DNA of 64,000 bases from Desulfurivibrionaceae bacterium. GTDB lineage: Bacteria > Desulfobacterota > Desulfobulbia > Desulfobulbales > SURF-16. Numbering within the stretch: position 1 is the first letter of the stretch; each line of letters starts with the position of its first letter. The stretch spans positions 26,440 to 90,439 of the forward strand of contig JAVLBA010000001.1 in the NCBI GenBank assembly GCA_031581485.1, read 5' to 3'. The notes beneath the pieces are model-generated. The model ran no database searches. It was not told where the DNA came from and saw only the letters and a program-made list of their open reading frames with translations. A program made the translations under genes and the position numbers. Positions 39,266 through 49,848 of the stretch are shown one piece after another.

Positions 39266-41374
39266 TTAAAAGGCGTAGGTGAACTTGCCGAAAAAGGTGC
39301 GTGGCGCCCCGGGCCTGTACCGCTTCTCGTCAGAGTACTTGGTCACCTCCATGGCATAGGTGTCGTCAAAGAGGTTCTGCACATCCAGGGTCACAGCCCA
39401 GGGACCTTTCTCATAGCCGACCATGAGTTTGGTCAGGAAGGTATAGCCCTCATATGTCTCGGAATTAGCGGCATCAACGTAATATCTGCCCCAGGTGGAG
39501 GTAGTGACACTGCACTTGAATCCTTGCGGGTGCCGATAGCGGGCGAACAACGAATACTGGTGCTCCGGGATATAGGGGAGCTGGTTGCCGCTGTGGTCCA
39601 GCAGGACGGTGCTGGTGGTGTGAGTCACCGGATCATAGACCCGGATCGGTTCGCTGAATTCGTCAAATTCGAAATCGCTGTAGGTGTAGGTGCCGCCGAT
39701 GGCCAGCCCGTCCAGGGCCTGGTAGGTGCCTGTAAACTCAAGGCCGTTTTTTCTTGTCTCGCCAGCGTTGTTATAGGAGCTCTCCCCGCCAGGGAGAAGG
39801 GTCTGGATCACCTCGTCGCTCACCTGCATGTGAAAGAGGGCCAGATCCAGTGCATGTCCGCCCTTGAAAAGGGCCTTCATTCCGGTTTCGTAATTGACGG
39901 TGGTTGCCGGCGTCAGGTTAGGATTGTCTTCCAGTTCCGATGACTGAGGTGTCTGGAAACCGGTGGAAACCGTGCCGTAGAGACTGTAAATGCTGTTTAT
40001 TGCGTAGACCACGCCCAGCCGTGGGCTGACCCGCTCAAAGGTTTCATCAATGTTAATGGTCTGCCTGTTGGCCACAAAACTGGCCGTTGCATAGGAATAT
40101 TCCTGGAATATTTCTGAGTCGAAATCAAAGGTGACCCGGTCGTACCGCACGCCGAGATCAACGAGCCAGGCATCCCCGGGCCGGAGGGTTTCCTGGAGAT
40201 AGAGACCCCACTTGTTCACCACTTCGTCACTGGTTTCCATCAGGTCGCCTTTTTCATCGGACAGGGTGGAGAGCAGGCGGCCCGAGTCGGAGGTAAGGAT
40301 GTCACGGTAGGTGAATTTTTCGCTGTCCATGCTGTCCTGTTGGCCACTGATGCCGGATACCAGTTCAGAATTAAGACCAAAAAGCTGGTGCGCGAAGTTT
40401 GCCTGCACATCGGCACCCAAGATATCGGCGCCGCCGTCGTTGATGCCGCCCGTGACCGGATGAAAATGTTCCCAGCTCTGGTAATAGACCAAGGGTTTGA
40501 TGGTAACCGGCCCCAGGGGCTTTTCATATTTCAGGGTGGTGTAGTAGATGGTGCTGTCCCGGGCCGAGTGCCTGAAGGGACCGTCGGTGAGCTGGCTGAT
40601 ATCGCTTTCGAACTGCTCAAGGCTCAAACTACCGGGCAGCTCGATTTCCGCCTCTGTCATATTAAGATTCAACTCCAAAGAGGAGTTATCGTCAAAAGCA
40701 GTGCCGAATTTGATCCCTGCCTGGTCGGATTCAAATTCATTATGCTCCCGCCAGCCGTTGGAGGATTTATGCGTCCCGGAAAGGGTGGCATAGAGGCCCC
40801 CTACATGGCTGCCGTATACCCCGCTCAGCAACGTGGTGTCATCGCTGCCGTACCCTGTCTTCAGGCTCTTGATTTCTTCGAAGGGACTCTTGGTGATGAC
40901 ATTGATGACGCCACCCGCGGCGTTGGCCCCGTACAGGGTAGAGTTGGGACCCTTGGTCACCTCAACCTGCTCGATGAGCTGGGTGTCAACAAAGTCGAGC
41001 CTGGTGAAACCGTCCGGGTCGGTGATGGGCACACCGTCGAGCAGCACCATAATTTCCCTGACTCCATAGCGGGCCTTGAGTCCGGCTCCTCGAATGATGA
41101 GCCGGGCGTCATATCCACCGTTTCGGCTCTCCGCCTGGACACCGGCCACGCCCTCCAGGGCTTCCTTGACGCCGATCAGGCGTGAATCCTCAATGGTCTC
41201 TTGGCTGACCACGGTGACCGCCGCCGGCACTTCCCGAGTGGAGCGCTCGCTCCTCGTGGCGGTGACCACAATCTCTTCAAATTCATGTTTGATTGGTTCC
41301 CCCTCAGCACCGTGGGCGGATCCGACAGCACCCAACAGCAGCGCGCCGCCTAAAAATAAGAGTTCTCGTCTCAT
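39266..41374 (-). CDS. TonB-dependent outer membrane receptor
   Basis: TonB box EEIVVTATR, IRG, IEQVEVTKGPNSTLYG, GGVINVITK, NLFD, terminal YAF. Confidence 0.95.
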   Translation of the reverse strand: MRRELLFLGGALLLGAVGSAHGAEGEPIKHEFEEIVVTATRSERSTREVPAAVTVVSQETIEDSRLIGVKEALEGVAGVQAESRNGGYDARLIIRGAGLKARYGVREIMVLLDGVPITDPDGFTRLDFVDTQLIEQVEVTKGPNSTLYGANAAGGVINVITKSPFEEIKSLKTGYGSDDTTLLSGVYGSHVGGLYATLSGTHKSSNGWREHNEFESDQAGIKFGTAFDDNSSLELNLNMTEAEIELPGSLSLEQFESDISQLTDGPFRHSARDSTIYYTTLKYEKPLGPVTIKPLVYYQSWEHFHPVTGGINDGGADILGADVQANFAHQLFGLNSELVSGISGQQDSMDSEKFTYRDILTSDSGRLLSTLSDEKGDLMETSDEVVNKWGLYLQETLRPGDAWLVDLGVRYDRVTFDFDSEIFQEYSYATASFVANRQTINIDETFERVSPRLGVVYAINSIYSLYGTVSTGFQTPQSSELEDNPNLTPATTVNYETGMKALFKGGHALDLALFHMQVSDEVIQTLLPGGESSYNNAGETRKNGLEFTGTYQALDGLAIGGTYTYSDFEFDEFSEPIRVYDPVTHTTSTVLLDHSGNQLPYIPEHQYSLFARYRHPQGFKCSVTTSTWGRYYVDAANSETYEGYTFLTKLMVGYEKGPWAVTLDVQNLFDDTYAMEVTKYSDEKRYRPGAPRTFFGKFTYAF

Positions 41375-41424
41375 AATGATTCTCCTCGCCTTGCTGGGGA
41401 GGCCAGCAATCTGTATCAGGAAAA

Positions 41425-41526
41425 AATTACGGTAAAAATGTAATTGTCTTTGGCCTTAATGATTATTTCAAGTTCAGGAAAAAGTTTCCTGCAAAGCTGT
41501 AATTACCTTTTATACTTATGTAGTAT
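41425..41526. promoter_or_regulatory. palindromic operator candidates upstream of the TonB-dependent receptor
   Basis: AATTAC-N9-GTAATT, CAGGAA-N5-TTCCTG and TAATTAC-N13-GTAGTAT in an AT-rich spacer. Confidence 0.35.
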
Positions 41527-42268
41527 TTCAACATTGCCATTAAAAATAAAGGGTAAATATATTTAGTTTTGCTTGATGATTTTCTTTCTGTGGTAAATAT
41601 GACTATTGCGACGAATTGCCACAGTGGTAGATTGTAGCAGGATCAGTATAAAACAAGACCTGAGCTGGAGTTGTTCAAGAGTGGTGCATGGTGAATAAGC
41701 GTTGTTTCTCTCATGAGAGAGAACGTGCAAAACGTTGCCACCTTTCTTTTTCGTTTCATCAAGTGGTCATGGCATATCGGTGCGTGTGCTTTCTCAGCGC
41801 TCTTTCATGAGGTGAGCTCAAGGAATCTGCCAAGCCCACCGATTTGTGAAGCAGTTCATCCCGAAGATCTGGAAGATCTCCTTTCTCTCCTCATCGGTAA
41901 AGGTGGTGATGTGGGGCGACAGGTTGGCCGCGATCAGGAAACAGGCCATTCTTCATGCTCTGTGGCGATCTTGACGTTGGAACCTGCGACTATCAACGCC
42001 GGGGAGGCTTCTTCCCGGGCGTTTGTCAGCAAGGGTATTTCAGGGCAGGTGAAAGAGGGGACAACAACGGGGCCAGGGGCTGTTAAAAAGTGTTACCCAT
42101 GTACCGAGAACAAGGTGTAACCTATGGACCAGGACTATACCAAAAACAGCTGTTGGCCGGGCCCAGCAGCTGGCAGCAGGAGGATCTATTCATTCCACGC
42201 CCTTGCAGGGGGCGGTCATTGAGCTTACATGTCTGGATTGCAAAAAAAGAAATATCAGGAGAATTGCT

Positions 42269-43384
42269 ATGGCGACCTTATTCGACCAAACCACCATCAA
42301 CGGCATGACCATGCGCAACCGCCTGGTCCGCTCAGCTACCTGGGAAGGAATGTGCGAGGCAGATGGCCGACCCACTGCCCGGCTGGCAGAGTGGTATAGG
42401 GATCTGGCCCGCGGCGGCGTGGGTCTGATCATCACGGGATATAGCTTTGTGCGGCCAGAGGGCAAACAGCTCCCTGGCAAGATGGGGATACACACCGACG
42501 ATTTTGCCCGGGAGATGCAGGCCCTTACTCAGGCGGTACATGACCAGCAGGGGAAGATATGCGTCCAATTGGTGCATGCCGGGGGGCAGACGGATGCAGC
42601 CACCGCCCACCGCCAACCTCTGGCGCCCTCAGCCGTGCAGGTTGAGCAATTCCCCGAACTTCCTCAGGAAATGTCAAAAAAAGATATCGCCGACATCGTG
42701 GTGGCCTTTGCTGAGGCGGCAAGACGGGCTCAAGCCTTCGGCTTCGATGCCCTCCAGCTTCATGGCGCCCATGGCTATTTGATCAATCAGTTCCTCTCGC
42801 CTCTTACCAACAGGCGTACGGATGAATACGGGGGCACTCTTGACAAGCGCTGCCGCTTTCTCCATGAGGTGTATCATGCCGTCCGTCTGGCAGTGGGTGA
42901 CGATTTTCCCGTGTTGATCAAGCTCAACGGTGCCGACTTTGTAGAAGGCGGCCTGAGTATGGAAGATGCGGTCTATGCGGCGACCATGTTGGCTGATGAA
43001 GGGATCGATGCCATTGAGGTGAGTGGCGGCACCCCAGCCTCGGGGGACAAAACTCCGGTGCGGCTCAAGATTGAGAAGTCAGAGCAGGAGGCCTATAATC
43101 TTTCCCTGGCTAAACAGATCAAGAAGGCGGTCAACTGCCCGGTAATGGTGGTTGGCGGCTACAGAAGCTACGAGGTGGCGGAAGAGTCTGTTAAGGAGGA
43201 AGGGATTGATTATATTTCCATGGCCCGCCCCTTCATCCGGGAACCTCACTTGGTTCAACGATGGCGTCAAGGTGACCTCTCCCCGGCCAAATGCATATCC
43301 TGCAACGGCTGTTTTGAGCCGGGCCTTAAGGAAGGTGGGATCTACTGCGTGATAGAGGCAAAAGAAAGGGAGAAAAAGAGGTAA
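42269..43384 (+). CDS. NADH:flavin oxidoreductase (Old Yellow Enzyme family)
   Basis: NRLVRSAT, QLVHAG, HGAHGYLINQFLSP, NRRTDEYGG, C-terminal CISCNGC..C. Confidence 0.92.
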   Translation: MATLFDQTTINGMTMRNRLVRSATWEGMCEADGRPTARLAEWYRDLARGGVGLIITGYSFVRPEGKQLPGKMGIHTDDFAREMQALTQAVHDQQGKICVQLVHAGGQTDAATAHRQPLAPSAVQVEQFPELPQEMSKKDIADIVVAFAEAARRAQAFGFDALQLHGAHGYLINQFLSPLTNRRTDEYGGTLDKRCRFLHEVYHAVRLAVGDDFPVLIKLNGADFVEGGLSMEDAVYAATMLADEGIDAIEVSGGTPASGDKTPVRLKIEKSEQEAYNLSLAKQIKKAVNCPVMVVGGYRSYEVAEESVKEEGIDYISMARPFIREPHLVQRWRQGDLSPAKCISCNGCFEPGLKEGGIYCVIEAKEREKKR

Positions 43385-43590
43385 TCCACCCTTCGACGAA
43401 GGGGGGCGCAACCAGTACGGCCAAGGGCCGCGGCCCGGCCGGAAAAACAAGAGGGGGTGTCCCTGATTTTTCAAAAAAGGAGATGATGGTGGGCTGGAAG
43501 GATTATTTTACCCCAAAAAAACAACAGGGGTGCTGGCCACCGCCGCTGCTGACGGCAGGGTGGATGCCGTTGTCTATGCCTCTCCCCACG

Positions 43591-43860
43591 TTATGGACGC
43601 TTCCCTTGGCTGACAACGATGTTTGCCGTATTTGACTTGAGGTCGAAAACGATCTGCACCTTGTTGTTTCTCAGCTGGAGCAGGACCTGGGTGATTTTGT
43701 CTTCCAGCGTGCAGCCTGGATCACCCCAGTCTGCGCCGTCCCGGGTCACAAACTCCTCGATCATATTCCGCAGGGTATTCGGATCAATCTGTTCGTACGG
43801 AACCGCTATTCCTTCTTCGTGCATGCCGACTGCGTTTTCCTGAGACATTATCCCGTCCAT
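43591..43860 (-). CDS. YheU (UPF0270) family protein
   Basis: VPYEQIDPNTLRNMIEEFVTRDGADWG...LEDK. Confidence 0.85.
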   Translation of the reverse strand: MDGIMSQENAVGMHEEGIAVPYEQIDPNTLRNMIEEFVTRDGADWGDPGCTLEDKITQVLLQLRNNKVQIVFDLKSNTANIVVSQGKRP

Positions 43861-44444
43861 CCTGTGGTATCGATTTTAATATGGATTAGAGAGGAGCCAC
43901 TTTATTTAATGGTGCCTGGCACTCTCCTGTTTACAAGAGTCCAAAGGCCTGGCTATGCACCATGTACGTCCCTGATCTTCTATGGTTCACAGTTGCCCCG
44001 CCCATTGGGCACATATATTCATTCTGAATGTAGAGAGCCTCCGGGGGATGGCCCAATTCCTCAAGGCCAAGATAACCGGCGACCAGGGTTTTGGAAAGGT
44101 TCTTGCGATCAAGAAGATCCATGCTCCTTCAAAAGCGAGCAGGTGATGCTTTTGCATCAAAAGTAAAAAGCGGATGTGAGTCCTTTATCCCTCAGCTTTC
44201 CATGTCTCTGCCAGGAGGAAGCGAGGCGGCAGTCGAGAGGTTTGCCAGCCGTTACCCTGCTCCACTCTGACTTCCTCCTGCGCCCCAGCGTGGTGTAAAA
44301 AAGCTCTATTTCAAAGAGTTGCCCAGGAGGTGGCGTCGGGCGGCTGAAGTTCGATGGTAATCACTTTTTTTATCCGTTATTATGTATGCATAAGCAGCAG
44401 GTGTTGCCCGCATGGGCAGTTTGAACTCCAGAAGGAGGTTCGCA

Positions 44445-45335
44445 ATGATTGAGAAATTGATGGCGCTCTCAGGTGTCTTGATTGCCGGGGCCCTGGCGTT
44501 TACTGCGCCCCTGCAGGCGGGCGACGTCAACATCGTCCCCGCGCAAGTCACCCCGCAGATATACATGCTGGCCGGTGAAGGCGGAAATATCGGTTTGTTT
44601 ACGGGCGCGGACGGAACTTTTTTGATCGACGATCAGTACGCCCCCCTTACCGAAAAAATTATAGAAGCCATCAACTCAGTTGAAGGGGAGTATCCCGAAT
44701 TTCTGATAAACACGCATTATCATGGTGATCACACGGGAGGTAACGAAAATATGGGCCAGGGCGGCGCCTTGATATTCTCCCACCATAATGTGCGGGAGCG
44801 CCTGCAGGCAGGCTCTTTCATCGAGGCGTTTAACATGAAACGGGCTGCGGTCAGCCGGGAGGGCTTACCGGTGGTGACCTTTGCCGAAGGCATCACTTTT
44901 CATCTTAACGGCGACAGGGTCCGCGTCATCCATGTACCCCATGCCCATACTGATGGCGATAGTTTTATCTTCTTTACGGCGGCCAATGTTATCCACGCCG
45001 GCGACCTGTTCTTTAATGGTTTCTATCCTTTTATTGATGTCAACCATGGCGGCACCCTTAAGGGCATGATCACAGGGGTGGAGACGATTTTGGCCCTGGC
45101 GGATAACGATACTCAAATTATTCCGGGCCATGGTCCCTTGGCGGATAAGGCGGAGTTGCTGAGGTACAGAGAGATGCTCAGTGTGGCCCATGAACGGTTG
45201 TCAAAGCTGAAGGCGGCAGGGAAAAGCGCCCAGCAGGCAATTGACGCCAGGCCCCTGGCCGATCTGGAGGAGACCTGGGGCAAGGGGCTTTTCAAAGGCG
45301 ACCGCTGGATAGAGTTGATCTATTCCGGGGTTTGA
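44445..45335 (+). CDS. exported MBL-fold metallo-hydrolase (cyclase-like)
   Basis: GGNIG, NTHYHGDHTGGN, AHTDGD, HAGD, IPGHG; AGGAGG RBS. Confidence 0.9.
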   Translation: MIEKLMALSGVLIAGALAFTAPLQAGDVNIVPAQVTPQIYMLAGEGGNIGLFTGADGTFLIDDQYAPLTEKIIEAINSVEGEYPEFLINTHYHGDHTGGNENMGQGGALIFSHHNVRERLQAGSFIEAFNMKRAAVSREGLPVVTFAEGITFHLNGDRVRVIHVPHAHTDGDSFIFFTAANVIHAGDLFFNGFYPFIDVNHGGTLKGMITGVETILALADNDTQIIPGHGPLADKAELLRYREMLSVAHERLSKLKAAGKSAQQAIDARPLADLEETWGKGLFKGDRWIELIYSGV

Positions 45336-45480
45336 GACGTGGTTCCTGAACACTCAGGGCAGCCGCTTGTTGCCCTCTCCATCTTCTTATGCCACGCCAC
45401 AACGTTCGATGGCATTGCCAGAGTCGAGTAAGAGAGCCACTCTCCTCTGACAATGCCATGATCATACGAGGTGGAGATTA

Positions 45481-46086
45481 TCAATACGCAATTCTTAACC
45501 CCGCCTGCACATTATGGCTTGCATATTCAATGGCCGTGGTCTCAAAGGTCGGATCGTCCGTTCCCAGGTAAAGATATCTCAAATCAAGGCTGAAAGTTTC
45601 GTTTATGGCATAAGAAACACCAGCACCTGCCTGGTAGGCAAATACCGTGTCATCATCTTTTATTTCACCAGCGAAGTCGACCCTGGCCAGCCCAAAACCA
45701 GCGCTGAGGAACGGTGTAAACCTGCTCCTGTTGGTGAAATCATAATAACCATTTATAAGAAAAGAAAGGCTGGAGGCGTCGCCAGTTAAAGCCCGTGATG
45801 TGTTATCTTCGTTTATCTGATCCAATTGGTTTTGTTGGTATGAAACAGCACCATCGAGCCTGAGGTTGTTACCGAAATCATAACCGACTGCTATACCCAG
45901 AGCCCAACCCGTATCATATTCCATATCGTAGGTTATGCCTGGCTGTGCAGAGTCAGTAATATCAGAATCATTTAGGAACACGCCACTAATATTGTAGCTT
46001 ACATAGTTGCCTTCGGCGCTGTGTGCCATGGAAGAAGTGCACAGCAATACAGCACAACCTGTGGCCATTAAAATGCTTTTTTTCAT
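45481..46086 (-). CDS. small outer-membrane beta-barrel protein (OmpA-TM/porin-like)
   Basis: Signal peptide, GYDFG, NGYYDF, FAYQAGAGVSY, terminal GLRIAY; AT-richer than flanks. Confidence 0.85.
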   Translation of the reverse strand: MKKSILMATGCAVLLCTSSMAHSAEGNYVSYNISGVFLNDSDITDSAQPGITYDMEYDTGWALGIAVGYDFGNNLRLDGAVSYQQNQLDQINEDNTSRALTGDASSLSFLINGYYDFTNRSRFTPFLSAGFGLARVDFAGEIKDDDTVFAYQAGAGVSYAINETFSLDLRYLYLGTDDPTFETTAIEYASHNVQAGLRIAY

Positions 46087-46706
46087 CCTTTTCTCCTATG
46101 CTTCAGTTATGGTGGCGTTGAGGTACGCTAAGTTTCCGGAGCTATTTCCCACAGAGCAGGACAGGAGATATCTTTTCCTTCATTTCCTCTGCTCATAACA
46201 TCTCCTTTGATCAAGACTTACGATACACATCGAAAGAAAAATACGCAACCCTTAGGAGATTGATATGATAGATCTTTTTAGCTCCTCCTTTCTTTCATTA
46301 TGAAGTGGGGCAGCCGCCAATAAAAAAGTTCATTACGGAAAAGAGTGGGGTGGTAAGGAAAAAAAACACCACTCCGAAGAGGGAATTTTAACCCTAAAAG
46401 GGGGTGACCAGGGAAATGGAAAAGTCTAGCCAGGAATTGCCCTAAAAATCGGTAAAATGGTGATATTCCCCTTTGTAAGGAAAAGAATAAGCTTCTTAAG
46501 CAGGACAGGCACGGCTGGCCGGGACACCATAAAGATGAAATCGTGCAAGCAAGGCCAACAGCCGCTTCTCTCTTTCAGGGAGACACAGTACAATGCGGGG
46601 CCATAGCACCCCAAAAGCCACCGGCTTCTTTGTGCTCTGATCATCAAGATTCCCCTGTACAGGAAAACCAACCGACAACCTACACCAATAAAGAGGCCGT
46701 GCACCC

Positions 46707-47942
46707 ATGAGCGCCACCACCATTCTTTATGTCATTATTGCCCTTGTTCTTGCTGATTATCTCCTGGAAAGGGGACTCAGCTTTGTCAATTGCCGGCGTA
46801 TTGCCACTCAGCTGCCGGATGAGGTCAAGGACATTTACAGCGCGGAGAAATATCAGCAGTCCCAGGAGTACAAGAGGGCAAACTGCCGCTTTGATCTGGT
46901 TACGGCCAGCCTGAAGGTGGTGATCCTCCTGGCCCTGCTCGTCACCGGCGGCTTTGCCTATCTCGACCAGCTTGCCAGGGGCCTGGTGGAGACGGAGTTG
47001 CTGGTCTCCCTCCTCTTTTTTGGCTTGCTCTTTTTTGCCTCGGAAATGCTCTTTCTGCCCTTTGAACTCTATCATACCTTTGTTATTGAGGAGCGCTTTG
47101 CCTTTAACCAGACCACCCCGGCCACCTTTATCACCGACAAGCTGAAGGGCTGGCTGCTCACCGTTCTCCTGGGGGGCTCCCTGCTGGCGGCAGTGATCTG
47201 GTTTTACCAGATCACCCAGGACCATTTCTGGATCTATGTCTGGTTGTTGATGGGCGGCTTCATGATCGTGATGACCATGTTCTACTCCACCCTGATCGTG
47301 CCCCTCTTTAATAAGCAGACCCCCCTGGAGCAGGGTGAGCTGCGGGATGCCATTGAGGCTTTTGCTGAGCAGGCCGGTTTTCAGCTGGATAATGTCTTTG
47401 TGATTGACGGCTCCCGCCGTTCCACCAAGGCCAATGCCTATTTTTCCGGCCTGGGTGCTAAAAAGCGTATTGTCCTTTATGACACCCTGATCAACGACCT
47501 GGAGGTGGAGGAACTGGTGGCGGTGCTGGCCCATGAGATCGGCCATTATCAGAAGAAACACACCGCCAAGGGTATCATCCTTGCCCTCTGCCAGACCGGC
47601 ATCATGCTCTATATTCTGTCGCTGTTTATTGCCAACCCCCTGCTCTCAGAGGCCTTGGGGGCGGATATCCATAGCTTCCATCTGGCCCTGATCAGCTTTG
47701 CCCTGCTCTATTCGCCGCTGGCCACGGTCATGGGAGTGGGCATGAACGGCTTGTCGCGGCGCAATGAGTATGAGGCGGACCGTTTTGCCGCCCGCCATTT
47801 TGAGGCTGCGGCCCTGGCCTCGGCCTTGAAAAAGCTTTCCGTCAACAACCTCTCCAACCTCACTCCGCACCCTGCCTATGTGTTTTTTCACTATTCCCAT
47901 CCCCCTCTTCTGCGCCGACTGGGCGCCCTGGCCGCCAGCTGA
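46707..47942 (+). CDS. M48 family (Ste24-like) membrane metallopeptidase
   Basis: IEERFAFN, DGSRRSTKANAYF, HEIGH, EYEAD, SHPP. Confidence 0.93.
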   Translation: MSATTILYVIIALVLADYLLERGLSFVNCRRIATQLPDEVKDIYSAEKYQQSQEYKRANCRFDLVTASLKVVILLALLVTGGFAYLDQLARGLVETELLVSLLFFGLLFFASEMLFLPFELYHTFVIEERFAFNQTTPATFITDKLKGWLLTVLLGGSLLAAVIWFYQITQDHFWIYVWLLMGGFMIVMTMFYSTLIVPLFNKQTPLEQGELRDAIEAFAEQAGFQLDNVFVIDGSRRSTKANAYFSGLGAKKRIVLYDTLINDLEVEELVAVLAHEIGHYQKKHTAKGIILALCQTGIMLYILSLFIANPLLSEALGADIHSFHLALISFALLYSPLATVMGVGMNGLSRRNEYEADRFAARHFEAAALASALKKLSVNNLSNLTPHPAYVFFHYSHPPLLRRLGALAAS

Positions 47943-47974
47943 ACGCTGATATAACCTCGAAAACGGAGAACATT

Positions 47975-48295
47975 ATGAAAGTCTTAAAACTGGATGAAAC
48001 AAGAGAATTTACCCCCGGCGCCATGAAACGCTTCTTTCTGGTGGCAGATTCCGAATTTTTTAAAATCATCAATTTCAACCTGGAGGCAGGGGTCACCTTC
48101 CCGGTCCACTCCCATGATCTTGACGGAGAATTGTCAATCCAGGTGCTCGAAGGGGAGGGCTCTTTTCTCGGCGCAGGAGATATGGAGATAGCCGCCAAAG
48201 AGGGAGACATTCTCATTTCGGAGATCCGGGAGCCCCATGGTGTGCGGGCAAAAACCGATATGCGTATTCTGGTCACCATTGTGCCGCCTATTTGA
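47975..48295 (+). CDS. cupin domain protein
   Basis: PVHSH...E...EPHGV cupin motifs; GGAG RBS. Confidence 0.85.
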   Translation: MKVLKLDETREFTPGAMKRFFLVADSEFFKIINFNLEAGVTFPVHSHDLDGELSIQVLEGEGSFLGAGDMEIAAKEGDILISEIREPHGVRAKTDMRILVTIVPPI

Positions 48296-48399
48296 CGGCG
48301 GGCGGTTGCGGCGGGGGCTCAGGGGGATGGATCTCCGCTGAGCCCTCCATGACATCATCCGCCCGGGTGAGTGCCGCTGCTGCCGCAGCCCTCAACCAT

Positions 48400-48430
48400 A
48401 AAAAAAGGCCAGGGAGAAACTCCCTGGCCT
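48400..48430 (-). terminator. intrinsic terminator of adk
   Basis: AGGCCAGGGAG-AAA-CTCCCTGGCCT with a T run on the minus strand. Confidence 0.8.
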
Positions 48431-48464
48431 GGGGGCCATCATCTTGTGCTGGTGGGCTGAAATC

Positions 48465-49148
48465 TTATTTCAGGGCAGCCAGGATGTTGTCGGTGACTTC
48501 CTTGATGGAAGGTTGGCCATCCACGGAAATAACCTTGGTGTCGCCGTCCAGCTCCTTGAAGAAGTTGACAGCGGCCATGGTGCCTGTTTTCTCGTCATAG
48601 TAGATGTCATGGCGCTTATCAATGGCCGCCTCATCCTGGTCATCGGCGCGGGCGGAAAGGTCGCCGCCGCAGACCCGGCATACCAGCTTGCCGTCTTTCT
48701 CCACCGGTTTGATGGCATCAAAAGCGATGTGGTTGGGATGGTTGTTGTCGTTGGCGCAGAGGCGGCGGCCGGTGATGCGTATCTTGGCAACCTCGCGGGG
48801 CAGGACGATCTCCACCACGTAGTCAAGCTTGATGCCTTCCTCTTTCAGGGCCTTGGCCAGGGTCTCGGCCTGGACCTTATTGCGGGGGAAGCCGTCCAGA
48901 ATCCAGCCGTTTTTGCAGTCATCTTCTTTGAGGCGGTCGAGGATCATGGGGATAGTGATGTCATCGGGAACAAGATCGCCGCGGTCAATATACTCTTTGG
49001 CTTTCATGCCCAGCTCGGTGCCGCCGCCGATATTCTTGCGGAAAATAGCACCAGACTCGATATGGGCGATATTGCCCATTTTTTCCTGGATAATGGCACC
49101 CTGGGTGCCCTTGCCACTGCCATTTGGACCAAACATGAGGATGTTCAT
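48465..49148 (-). CDS. adk: adenylate kinase
   Basis: GPNGSGKGTQ, GDLVPD, LDGFPRN, LID with C-x5-H...CxxC, RADD. Confidence 0.96.
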   Translation of the reverse strand: MNILMFGPNGSGKGTQGAIIQEKMGNIAHIESGAIFRKNIGGGTELGMKAKEYIDRGDLVPDDITIPMILDRLKEDDCKNGWILDGFPRNKVQAETLAKALKEEGIKLDYVVEIVLPREVAKIRITGRRLCANDNNHPNHIAFDAIKPVEKDGKLVCRVCGGDLSARADDQDEAAIDKRHDIYYDEKTGTMAAVNFFKELDGDTKVISVDGQPSIKEVTDNILAALK

Positions 49149-49745
49149 AATATACTCCTTTCTCAATAGGTACTGAATACCATTATCTCAGAATGAAATA
49201 ATGCCTTTTTTACATGGGGTGCCGTCCCGGGTCACCGACAAAAAACGGAAATAAGCAGTTAAAACTATTTGCTATTTAAAAAATAGCTGAAATATATCGC
49301 AAGTTGTCGGGGAGTGCCACCGAAAATGTTATGGCGGGCCAAAAAGGTACGATGTTATGACCAGAAGGAGACAAATCGCTGCACAGGAGAGGATATGTGT
49401 TCTTTATTCCCCGCTTCATGGTTTTTTTCTGCTATATATCATGAGGTGCCGGTGAAATTCTTGGATTTTTTTACCGGTGACAGCAGGTGAGGTCAATAAA
49501 AAAGGGTGCGCAGCAGGCCGATCCATTCCCTTGGCACGCGTGACCATCCCCGGCTGATGATCAGCAAGAGATGGGCATTCTTTTTGCCCTTATTCCTGTT
49601 ATCGGCGGCCACTCCTTATGAGGTGGCGGGGAAAATAGTGTAAGGCCCCTATGAAAAAAACGATCATCTCCATTTTGGTTCTGTGTACCATCCTGACCTT
49701 TGGCTCAGATGGCCACGGTTCTGGAGGGGTGATGGCTAAAAAGTG

Positions 49746-49772
49746 TCAATAAATCGGCACGGATGCCGACAA
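49746..49772 (+). promoter_or_regulatory. putative sigma28 (FliA) promoter
   Basis: TCAA-15 nt-GCCGACAA upstream of the fapA-like gene. Confidence 0.55.
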
Positions 49773-49848
49773 GGAGGAATGAGCACCACCACCCATCTTG
49801 CGGCCGGGGAAATATCTATAAAAAGTTTATTGAATCTAGGTTGGTGTA

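Noticed and set aside
41375..41700. Cobalamin riboswitch upstream of the TonB-dependent receptor
   Set aside because: No B12-box or GCCACTG/GGGAAG motifs in the correct arrangement; the region is AT-rich.
41713..42120. 135-aa ORF or minus-strand gene remnant
   Set aside because: No recognisable motif or clear RBS; cannot distinguish from spacer or decayed sequence.
43931..44122. 63-aa ORF with a GAAGGAG RBS
   Set aside because: No homology recognisable by eye; possibly a remnant, insufficient support.
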